Assembly (NCBI RefSeq): GCF_040938485.1
Contig: NW_027271282.1
Location: 496,001 to 560,000 of the forward strand
Source of the DNA: Diadema antillarum
Lineage: Eukaryota
Direction: 5' to 3'
DNA length: 64,000 nucleotides
In this document: piece by piece, positions 51,501 through 63,344 of the stretch
Layout: every line of letters starts with the position of its first letter
Position numbering within the stretch: the stretch's first letter is position 1
Program-made: the position numbers and the translations under genes
Notes under the pieces: model-generated
Told to the model about the DNA's origin: nothing
Database searches by the model: none
Seen by the model: only the letters and a program-made list of their open reading frames with translations

Positions 51501-54500
51501 GCAAGACGCACTTGTCACTCATCAGTGTGTACGCCCCCACCATGACCTATACTCTGGAGGAGAAAGAGCTGTTCTATCAGAACCTCTCCAAAGTGCTGCG
51601 GTCAGTTCCTAAAGACGACAAGCTGCTGATACTAGGGGACTTCAATGCCCGGGTGGGTAGAGATGCCCAGTCTTGGCCAGATGTCATTGGGCCACATGGC
51701 ACTGGCCATGAGAACACCAACGGCCAACTGCTACTCACCCTCTGTGCTGAACATGGACTCACCATCACCAATACCCTGTTCCAACTGCCAGACATCCACA
51801 AAACTACCTGGATGCACCCAAGATCCAAGCACTGGCACTTGATTGATTATGTGATCACCAGGCGCCGTGACATCCAGGATATTCGCATCACAAGAGCAAT
51901 GAGGGGAGCTGACTGCTGGACAGACCACCTGCTGCTGAGGTGCAAACTGTCCTTTTCCATTGTCAGCAGGCATAGACGTCAGAAATCTGACGTTAAAAAG
52001 AAAATGGATGTCCAGAAGCTAAATGAACCAAACACAAGAGAAGCCCTCATCGCCAACCTTGCAAACCAGCTTGAACATCTACCAGCAGAGGAAGACTACG
52101 AGAAGGCCTGGGCCAACTTCCGGGATGTGGTGTATGACTCTGCCAGTCTGACTCTTGGATATATGACAAGGAAACACCAAGACTGGCTCGACAACAACAA
52201 CAAGGAGATCACCACCCTCCTCCAGGAGAAGAAAGAAGCCTTTACAGCCTGGCTCAATGACAAAGACTCCCAAGCGAAGCGTGACCGCCTCAAGAACATC
52301 AGAGGAAAGGTGCAGACCGAGCTGCGACAGATGAAAGACAAGTGGTGGGAGAACAAGGCTGCAGAACTACAGCAGTACGCAGACGAGCACAACTCAAAGA
52401 AATTCTTTGCCAGCCTGAAGGATGTGTATGGCTCCACGCCAAATGCAATGGCACCTGTGCGCTCTGCCAATGGAATGGTACCTGCTTATTGAGAAAAGCA
52501 ACATCATACAGCGTTGGAGCGAACACTTCAACCAGCTACTAAACAGACCTTCTCAGATCGACCAGCAGGCCATTCAAGATATGCCACAGCGCCCAGTCCT
52601 GGCCTTCCTTGATGACCCCCCAATGTTGGCAGAAACCCTGAAGGCAATCAAGCAACTACATGCGGGGAAAGCACCTGGTCCTGACGGAATACCCCTAGAG
52701 ATCTTCAGAGAGGGAGGTGCAGCCATTGCCATCAAGCTGACCGAGCTGATACAGCAATTCTGGGAAGAAGGATCGGTGCCGCAGGACTTCAAGGATGCCA
52801 ACATTGTGCATCTGTACAAGAACAAAGGGGACAGAGCTTCATGTGACAACCACCGGGGCATATCACTATTGAGCATCGCAGGAAAGATTATGGCCCGTGT
52901 TGTTCTGAACCGCATCTCACACCATCTGCTGGACGACGTGGTCTCTGAGAGCCAGTGTGGATTTAGGAGCAACAGGGGGACAATAGACATGATCTTCGCA
53001 TTACGGCAGCTACAAGAGAAGTGCCGAGAACAAAACCAGAACTTATACATCCTCTTCGTAGATCTGACGAAGGCTTTTGACACTGTCAGCCGTGAGGGTC
53101 TGTGGGCTATCTTGACCAAGCTGGGCTGCCCTCCTAAGTTTGTCAGGATCATCCAGTCCTTTCATGATGGCATGATGGCTCGCATTGTGGCAAACGGAGA
53201 TATCTCTGACCCATTCCCAGTCTCCAATGGTGTAAAGCAAGGCTGTGTGATGGCTCCTACACTCTTCAGCCTCATGTTTGCTACCATGCTCTTCTGTGCC
53301 CTCTCCAAGTGTGATGCTGGTGTCAGTATTCGGTACAGATGTGATGGCCGATTCTTTGACCTTAGACGTCTGAAGGCAAAGACCAAAGTCCTGAAGGCCC
53401 TTGTGAGAGACTTCCTGTTTGCAGACGATTGTGCGCTTGCAGCACTGAATGAACCAGACCTCTCAGAACTTGCCACTTGTTTTGCAGAAGCAGCAAAAGC
53501 CTTTGGACTGACCATCAGCCTGCAAAAAACAGAAGTGATGCTCCAGCCTGCACCTGGCCTGTCACCTCCTGAGCCTCAGATCGAGATCGAGGGCACAAAA
53601 CTGAACAACGTGGAGAGCTTCACATACCTGGGAAGCTGCCTGTCTTCAAAATGCAGCATGGACAAGGAAGTCTCCAAGAGGCTCGCAAAAGCAGGAACTT
53701 CGTTTGGCAGACTTTGGACACGTGTGTGGGGTGAACGAGGCATCAGGCTTTCTACCAAGCTGGCAGTCTACAAGGCAGTCGTCGTCACATCCCTGCTCTA
53801 TGGCTGTGAGACATGGACGCTGTATAGGAGGCAAAACCGTGCACTTGACCAGTTCCACCTCCGCTGCCTGCGACGAATCATGGGAATTTCCTGGCAGGAT
53901 AGAGTCTCAAACACTGAGGTGCTTCGCAGAGCCAAAATGTCTGGGATCGAGGCCCTCATCATGAAGGCCCAGCTCCGATGGGTCGGACATGTTGTCCGAA
54001 TGGATGATACTCGTCTACCAAAGATGATCTTCTTCTCCGAGCTGGCTTCTGGAGCAAGGAGCATTGGAAGGCCCCTGAAGCGGTACAAAGACAGTCTGAA
54101 AACTTCCCTTGTTGCCTGTGGCATCTCAGCCCGTGACTGGCAGTCGCTTGCCTCTGACCGCACCGTCTGGCGCCCAGCTGTACAAAGGGGTGCAAGACTG
54201 TTTGAGGAGAAGCGCCTCAGGAGCTTGGACCAGAAGCGAAAAGCCCGCAAAGAGAGGATCACGGACCCTACTTCTGCTGTGGCATGCCCAACATGTGGCC
54301 GCGTCTGTGCGTCCGCCTTTGGGCTCCGCTCCCACCTCCGGCGTCACTGACGTCATTGTCGAACCCGACAGACTTCCATTAATATATATGTGTGGGATAT
54401 GCCCATTTCACATGTCTATATATCTCCTTTTATGTAGAGTGTGAATTTTCCCCGATTAATCAACAGTCTGTCGCGTTATTCCAAGCGGGACGTGACGTGT

Positions 54501-56830
54501 GCCCCCCCCCCCCTTTTTTTTTTGCTTTCGTTTGTGTATGCATGTGTATGGTGCTTTTTTTTGGGGGGGGGGTCAAAAAATATACAGCACTTTAAATGTC
54601 GAGCGAATGTATCGAGCAATGATCCAGATTGCATAATGGCACAAAAAAAAAGCAAGGTACAGTAACATGTCATTGTTGTTTTTTTTTTGTCTAATCTCGA
54701 GTTGATGAAATTACCCCTTAAAAGAGAAAAAACAACAAAGCAAAACAAAACAAGGCAAAGCAAAAGACCTTGACACATAACCACAGCTCTTACAACAAAG
54801 GAAGTGTGTTTATATTCAATAGCCTCATACATTTCTATTTTGATCAAAACTGGCTTTGAAAACCGATGGTGTTATACGATACGAATTACGATACTTCAAA
54901 GCCTGTTATAATTAACACAATGGCGTTATTTGTCTTTGCACAGAAACCGAAAGGAACAGATATCCCACAAATGCTCACAATTGACACAAAATGAGACCAG
55001 ACTATGAGTGGGAGGCATCAAAATAATAACTATTGGAGTAACATGATATTCTTCAGGTACTTAGTAATCTCTTCCTGAATGATTTGAATCTATTTATTGA
55101 AGTTTTGTCATCTGGTCAAACAAAACGTTTTCATCATATCTCAAGAGATCGCTCAAGCAACTGTAGGTTCCAAGTATAAATATTTCATCTTTTGTAAAAA
55201 CCAGTGCTCTCGGCGACCATAATCTGAATCAGATGTACTATTTGGTAACCTTTTTTTCCTCATATAAACGGTTATAAGAGGTCTCGCCATTTCTTGGGAA
55301 TTGTTTTGTTTCGTCCATCATTATATCTCCATAATTATACACACCACTGATTTCCATAGGAATAGAGATTATTGACATACACCCACAAACGAACAGACAC
55401 ACATACATACACACAAACACAAACGCATATAGATTGTACTTCCGAACCAAGCATAAATGCTGATACGCTGCATATAATAAGAAACATGTTTTTATACAGT
55501 ACTCAGGTTTTCATGGCGCATTGTAACGTCTGTGCCTCTTTTCGTAAACATGTTTCATCTTGTATCTCAATTTGATGATGAAATGACACCGGGCACTATG
55601 TTTGGTGACTCGTCATATCTTCATGAAAATCTTTATATTTGTGTCAACGGGTCTAGGGCAATTACCCCCGGGCAATTACCGCGGAGCCTTCCCCTGACCC
55701 TAACCCTAATCCTAATCCTGAACCTAATCATAACGTTCACCCAAACTCCGAACCCTAAACCTAACTCTAACCCTAATCTTTGCTCTAACCTCATTACTAA
55801 CCAGTATTTAGCAGGGGGGGGGGGGGTAACTGCCCTCGGGGGTAATTGCCCTGATACGCTATCCATGGACCCTATTCATGCAAAATGTATCATTAGCCCA
55901 AACGTTGTTTCAAAACAGACTTTCATGAAAGCTACATAATAATAATGCATTAATTGGAGTGTAACAGTTCAAGTAATGTTGTGACCGTCAATTGCTATTC
56001 AATCCTTTGTGTACCACTTTGATTACCTGTCCATGTTTATGTGTGAAATTTGTGCACGTTTTATTTTGACTTATTGGCACCGAAAGGGATTGATTTACTT
56101 CACAGATTGGGTGTGCATGGGATAGAGGGCATGCGTGTCATGATAATCTTTCTATCTTTGTAGCAAAGATTCATTACAGACACAATGATAGTCAAATGCA
56201 CTACATAATTTTACATGCATGCAAAATGTATCATTAGCACACACCTTGTTTCATTAAAGACTTTCACGAAAGCTAGATATGCGTTAATTGGAGTGTATAA
56301 AAGTTCAGAATGGTGCAAGGAAGAGGGAACTAAATAATGTTGTGACCGTCATTTGCTATTCAATCCTCTGTGTACCACTTTAATTACCTGTCCCATAGAT
56401 TTATCTGTGAAATTTGTGCACGTTTTATTTTGACTCACTGGCACCGAAAGGGATTTATTGCGCAGAAGTGTCAATGAAATGAAGTGTAGACATAGTCCTG
56501 GCTCCAGCAAGTATTCGCGGTTATATTGTACTATATATATCTGAAATACGAGAAAAACGATGAATCTTATGTGGCATTTCATTATAGTCTTACGTGCAAC
56601 ACGGAATGTGACCCGACAATCTGCAGTGTTTCCCGCTGTGTCCGAAGCCTGGTAGGTGATCACGTGGTAACCGACTTGAAACGACGATCCAGAAGCTTTT
56701 CCAGATATTCGTCTGAAAAAAGAAAGAAAGAATTGAAACCACTTACTTTCCACGAGTGTTGTTCCACTAGGGCAAATTTGAATTGAATAGAATATGTATA
56801 AATATGTAGGGTTTATGTTTCTATGTACAA

Positions 56831-56877
<47 letters not shown>

Positions 56878-57411
56878 GATGATACTTTTAGTCCGCGTGT
56901 TGGTACCAGAACAGAAAAGATGACGAAGTAGGGTGGTAATTGTCATTGTCGACCCCGAGGAAGACGAATGTATTCGTCGAAAATTTGATCTGAATGAATA
57001 GCACTGTTGGACTGAAATGCATTACCACCCTACTTCGTCATCTTTTATATATATATCGCAATGATAATGTCACAATAGAGGAATACATTAAATGCCATTT
57101 GCCTTGATTTTCATTCAAAATCCGAATTTTCGGGGGCCTCCCCCTNNNNNNNNNNNNNNNNNNNNNNNNNNNNNNNNNNNNNNNNNNNNNNNNNNNNNNN
57201 NNNNNNNNNNNNNNNNNNNNNNNNNNNNNNNNNNNNNNNNNNNNNNNNNNNNNNNNNNNNNNNNNNNNNNNNNNNNTTGCTCCGCGTATTAGAAGTACTA
57301 AGAATTAAGGATGAATAATAATGTCACAATAGAGGAATGCATTAAATGCCAATTGGGGATTTTGAATTAAAATCAATTCAATTGGCATTTAAGGCATTCC
57401 TATAATGTGAC

Positions 57412-57465
<54 letters not shown>

Positions 57466-57525
57466 TATATATGTATATATATATATATGTATATGTATCA
57501 AGTATTTTATATGTACCAAGTATTT

Positions 57526-57581
<56 letters not shown>

Positions 57582-60500
57582 AAATACTTGGTGAATCTAT
57601 CCTACTATGGAGAGTGTTCGATGTCCTCAAAGGAAGAGTGTTAATAGACAGAAGCATTGAAACAAGTTCACGCGGTTGACTGCAGGTTCATCCGTATTTA
57701 TTACAACTCAGATTATTTCTGGGATCACCTCATGGAGGTTGCATGAAACTCAGAGTTGCAATGATTACGGATGAACCTGCAGTCAACCGCGTGAATTGTT
57801 TCATTACTTCTATATGTATAAATATATTATATATAACCGGTGATGTTCGTTATTCCGAAGGTTGGATTGTCAGAAAATGAAATGATGTTCGTTAATCCGA
57901 AAATTACTGAAAAAAAAGAAAAGAAAAGAAAGGTGTGACCTAGCTAACGTTCGGAACTAAGAACCTTTCTTTCTTTCTTCTTTCTTTCTTTTTTGATTAA
58001 CAAATCTTTGAAACAATGAACCTTCGGAATAACGAACTGTAAACATATCATTATACTTGCCTCACAGTAGGTGTCCCCCTGTCGTCCTCAGCCCTAGGAT
58101 CCGTCCATCTTACGACCAGTGGAGCAGACGATGCATACCTAGTCCCCAGATTTCTGGGACAGGGCGGCGAGAATGTCGGTGGATTTCTGTCTATATATAT
58201 TTTTTAAAAATATTTATATATCATATGCATAACGTAAATCTATGAATATAAAGAGATATGCGTACATGATAATTGACAACAATTAGACAAATAGCCAACT
58301 TGTTATGTATGCCTATTCAAACTTATAAAAACAATACTTTATAGTTGTTGTTTTTGCGTCATTACGTAATTAGATTTATAAAATTTTCACCGTTTACAAG
58401 GAATGAATTATTTTTGTCCTTAATTGCTTAAGATATGATCCTTTGCTTATAGAACTTTATAATTCTGATTCACTTGTTATTTGCGACATTATCAGGCGGT
58501 TACAGTAAAGACGCCTCGCCTGTATACGTCGAGTACCTCTAAAAGTTTTGAAGCATTGAAGACAATGAAAAAAAGCTGTGCTTGTATTTTATGTACCTCT
58601 CAAGTAATGAATGCGAACAAATGGACTTTCTTAATTGTTAAAATTAATTTCAAAGTAATTCAAAACAATGCGGACATTACATGACAGACATGTAGGACAG
58701 GAAAATATGTCTATGATATTGTATATCATATCGTGACAACGAGTGAAGAGGCATTAAAGTTTGAATTTTAATCACTTTATCTATCCTTGATTTTAACCGG
58801 ATGGGTTCCAGAGCTAACTAATCATATCTATATTTCACAGCAATAATTCGTTTTTGGGTTAGCCATTTTGAGAGGTGAATCTGTATTCTTCTCGCACATA
58901 CCGAGCATTTAGGCGTGCACCTTTAGATTCTTGCCTTTTATGTCTGATGATTACAGACTACAAGTATAAATCTTTTATGGATTTCAGGGTTGCCTGTTAA
59001 TCTGTATCAATTTTCTCGAATTTTTCTTTTCACATACTTATCGGGAGGGGAAAAGAGTATAGAACATTTGAATATCAGAGCAACAACTTGCCTTTCTGTC
59101 CATGATTGCAGGCATCACCTGAACGGGGAGAAACAAATCATTCAGGTCATGTAGAGTTTGTTTGATACATCAACATTTGTGAAGACATTTCCTACAAGCC
59201 CTCATGTGCATGAAGCTGTGCATGTGCTGAAACAAAGAAAGTCTTTGTAGCGCGAACTCAACTCACGTGAGAATATGAACTCTAAGCAAAAAAGAAACAC
59301 AAATTGAAGGAGGATTATTTTTGTTTGTAAGTCTTAAGACGTCATATGACTTGTGAATATCAAAACATCAGCATAAGAACATGTCTTGGCATCACCTTTG
59401 AAATCAAAGCTAGTGTTGATAGCTTGTGAAATTGATAAAGGGAGAAAAGGAAAGGGAAGGAAGAGGGAAGAGAAGGAGTGTTATATAATTTCAATGGCGA
59501 CGTCTGAAGAAAAGGAACTAAAAACATTGTTTGATACACCATATACACTGTTGGACATAGATCTCTTCCACCATGTGAATCCATCTGAACTCGCGCAAGT
59601 GCGAAACAGACATGAGTGTGTGTTTCTGAGTGACCCGTTACCGCGTAAATGGCCTTTTAAAGGGATAGTACAGTATTGGTGGAGATGAGAATTGGGCTTT
59701 TAACTTTTTGCGAGATACCAAGAAAACACTTATGATATAGTACAAAGCATACCATTTTAAGGGAAATTCAAAGTTTATTTGATGAAAATGGGTTTGGAAT
59801 AACTGAAATATCCAAAATAAAGTAAAACAAAGCGATCGTAATAAAGTGTGGGTCCCACACTTTATTAGAATCGCTCTTTTTGGATATCTCGGCCATTTCA
59901 AAACCAATTTTCATCAAATAAACATTCAATTCCTCATAGAATTACATGCTCTTTCATATTTCATAAGAGGTTTCTCATTATCTCACCAAAAAATGTTAGA
60001 AACCTGAAATTAGGTCTCAACCAAAACTATACGATCCCTTTAAAGTCACAAAATGATCACAAACGGGAACTAGAGAAGTCACTATCAGGCTATGGCGACT
60101 GGAATGCCTCCGCCACATCGCATTTCTCCCGATAGCCAGGCCTGTAGGAGATGTTTTTTTAGACTTGTTAGGGAATAGTACGAGATGGCGGACGAGCACA
60201 ATTCGCCATAGTGTCATTCTTAGTTCGTATGTCCAATAATTCATCTGGTGTTTGATTTGAAATTTTAGAATTTTGTACTAAGGTGTTTTTTGGTGTGGTT
60301 TTTTTTTTTGTGTGTGTGTATTATATATTCCCTGATGTGCTTTCTGAAGTCGGTTGGAGAGGCCCGAGGGCCATTGTGATTTTGATTGCTTTTTTTTCCA
60401 ACCCGCGGCAAGTTCAATCTTGTACCCTTGTTTTGTTTGTTAATCTGTTATCACTTGCATTGTCTTGAAAATGCCGAATAACTAATGATGATAATATTAG

Positions 60501-61928
60501 CAATAATAATGATAACCATGATGATTGTTATGATAATACTAATAATAATAATAATAACAATAATCATAGTAATAACAATAATAATAATAATCATAGTAAT
60601 AACAATAATAATAATGATAATAATGATAATAATCATAGTAATAACAACGATAATAATAATGATAATGATAATAATGATATTTATAATAATAATAACAATA
60701 ATAGCAATGAAAATAAATCTTGACAGTGTGAGATAACAGTTACACACGATTGGTAAAAAATTGTGATGTCAATATTTGAAAGTTTGTGACACGATCCCAA
60801 ATGTTTTGAGTGTTCATACATTGGTTGAATCAGATTTCGTTTGGACGGCTAAATTTTTAAAAGACCTTTTACCCTTGCCCTTTGACTCCGTGGTCCACAT
60901 CTTTGTTTAAATAATCACTTACTGGCATGGTGATATCTAATTTTCACGACAATACATTGAGCTATTTTCAAAATATGGGACAAATTGTGAAATTTCAGCA
61001 TCATCATTTAATCTTCAACCCCATAGCCCAAATGATTCCTTGTAGAATCATTGTTCAGTAATGCATATGTAGACTTAGGTATGGTATTTTCATATACTGT
61101 TGAGTAATTTTCCAGGTTGCCAGGTATAGAGAAAAAGTGTAATTTCAGCATTAACAAACAGAAATTTAGCATTTTCACCTGCCTTTTGACCCTGGACATT
61201 TGACTCATGATCCTAAACTTCTCAAGAAAATCATTGTTAGGCAATGCATGCATGTATATCAAGCTTCATCAAGATAACTTGGGCCATTTCTGAGATATAG
61301 AGGAGAAAAAGTCGAATTTTATTATTTTCACTTGACCTTTTAACAAATAACTTTGACGGTATATGGCCCCAACCTATCCCTGGTGAACATCTACATGGTA
61401 ATAAATGTACATTGTATACAATTATTACTGTCTTCAAGCATTGCGGAGATATGGGGGTGGGGGTGAAATTTTAAGAATTTGACCTTGATCTTCGACCTTG
61501 AGCATGAGCACCTAAAAGTTCATTATGTTATACAGCTTCATTACATAGTATGTCAATTTCAAGTTTCATTTGGACACCTCCAACGGTTCTTAGTTACGGT
61601 GTTCACAAAATCGATTACGGGCGGAAGCGGAAGGACGGATGGAGGACCCGAAAACATAATGCCTGCGGCGACACTTCGCGACGGCGGCATAAAAAATGCT
61701 AAATATAGTGATCAGCTGATAGTAATGAGAAAGTTTTTTATTTGCTCAACCTAAAATTTGATATCTTTGATATCGATGTTGACATTTTGTGTGTTATCCT
61801 AAAACGGTTATACACAAGTTTCCCTAAGCAGGTTACAAATATAATATACTTCAATTCATTTTTTTTTCAATTCAATTCAATTCATTTTTTACCATTCTAA
61901 AGGGATAGTAGTGATACAAGTATGCATT

Positions 61929-61972
<44 letters not shown>

Positions 61973-63308
61973 GCATATATATTATGCATATATAAATCGT
62001 GAAATATAGTGCAAAATACATAACATTATACGGATGATTATAAATCGGGAAAACAATGCACATTTTTCGATAGAAACTAAAAATAAATGAAAATAAATAG
62101 ATAAACTATGAATAAATAAAAAGTGTAATCTACTTAGAGGCAAAGCTTGTAAAACATAGATCACTTGGAAAAAAATACATTTAACATCTATATTCAAAAT
62201 TAATCTAAATTGATATACTGTATATGATGCTAATGATATGAAGCACATCATGAACAGTACTTATCTTTAAATACAAGAAAATATAAAAAACTTCGAATAA
62301 GTTAAGAATGTTATGGTATGGACACTGTTCATCAATATCTGAGTGATAATTTGTTGTATGACGTGCCTACATGACAGAATTAGAGGTGACATATACCACT
62401 AATAGCCATTCACATTTTCCGTGAATATTAACGTTAGTTTTGTAATTATTGTTTGAAAAGTTTTCACTTATTGCACACATGGCTGAATTCTAAAAACGCA
62501 AAAGCTCCTTCGTGTGGGAGGGGATATTCCCCCCCCCCCCCCCACCCCCTTCGGTCCACCTCCATGAATACAGTACATAGTGACAACACACACGCGGATC
62601 AAGAGGTGGCAGGTATCACTATCCATTCACATTGCCCCTGAATATCTGTTCTTACTTTTTTATTGAAATTTTCCTCAATATTGTGATCTGCTAAGAGCGT
62701 CTGTCTCCGTGATACAGGCCCACATTTAATAGACAAAGTAGTTCAACGTTTCAGTTGGCTTTGTACACTTAAACAACTCGATATGTAGACCTATCAAAGA
62801 CTTGTAAGACAGATTACTACTGATTACGTTCAGTCATTGCGACAGCGAATCCGCAAAAGAACAAAACAAAGAGAACGAAAAGAAATAGAGATCTTGGTTA
62901 CATAGGCCATCGTATATAGATGTGTAATAACCGGAGTCATCACACAAGACCGACACCCACGATTTCAACATTGAAAAAAAAAAAGAAGTCCATGAATCAT
63001 ACAGCCCAAAAGTCATACAGGCCATGAGTTCTACACTAGGTAAAATCAGCCCACGAGTTCGACATTATAGCAACACGGGGCTTAACGTGTCGATCTCGAG
63101 CCCCTTGTTTACTTTGTGTCGAAATCAAGGGCTGTATAACTCATGGACTGTATAACTCATGGGCTGCATTACTCGTGGGCTATATGACTCGTGGGCTGTT
63201 TGGTTCGTGGGTGTCGAACTCGTGACATGCGCCCTAATAAGCCCGTAAAAATACTTATGTATCGAATGTAATGTTATAAATCTACGTGCATTGTATAAGA
63301 TCCCACCC

Positions 63309-63344
<36 letters not shown>

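Larger units (their letters stand above)
50489..54383 (+). mobile_element. Full-length RTE-clade non-LTR retrotransposon, one frameshift near 52475
   Basis: APE motifs ([43 protein letters not shown]). RT motifs (KAPGPDG, QCGFR, DLTKAFD, GVKQGC, FADD, YLGS). C-terminal C2H2 finger CPTCGRVC...HLRRH. Very short 3' UTR; possible ATATATGT TSD. Confidence 0.95.

Noticed and set aside
51070-54262. Long antisense ORFs over the RTE
   Set aside because: Shadows of a GC-rich coding strand; no domain signal
57062-57360. 36-bp direct repeat on both sides of the 57146 gap as a real duplication
   Set aside because: May be contig-end overlap across the gap; needs reads
59386-59688. 100-aa + strand ORF ([17 protein letters not shown]...)
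   Set aside because: No recognisable motif; it runs into the Kolobok-like element and stops a few codons after the element is removed; antisense to the microexon region
60451-60747. Poly-Ile ORFs (also poly-YI, CV, HT, His and Lys ORFs elsewhere)
   Set aside because: Translations of (ATA)n, (TA)n, (CA)n and (GAA)n microsatellites
62834-63025. Minus-strand ORF with ..[14 protein letters not shown] as a missing second exon
   Set aside because: No usable AG acceptor or donor pair; overlaps a foldback repeat
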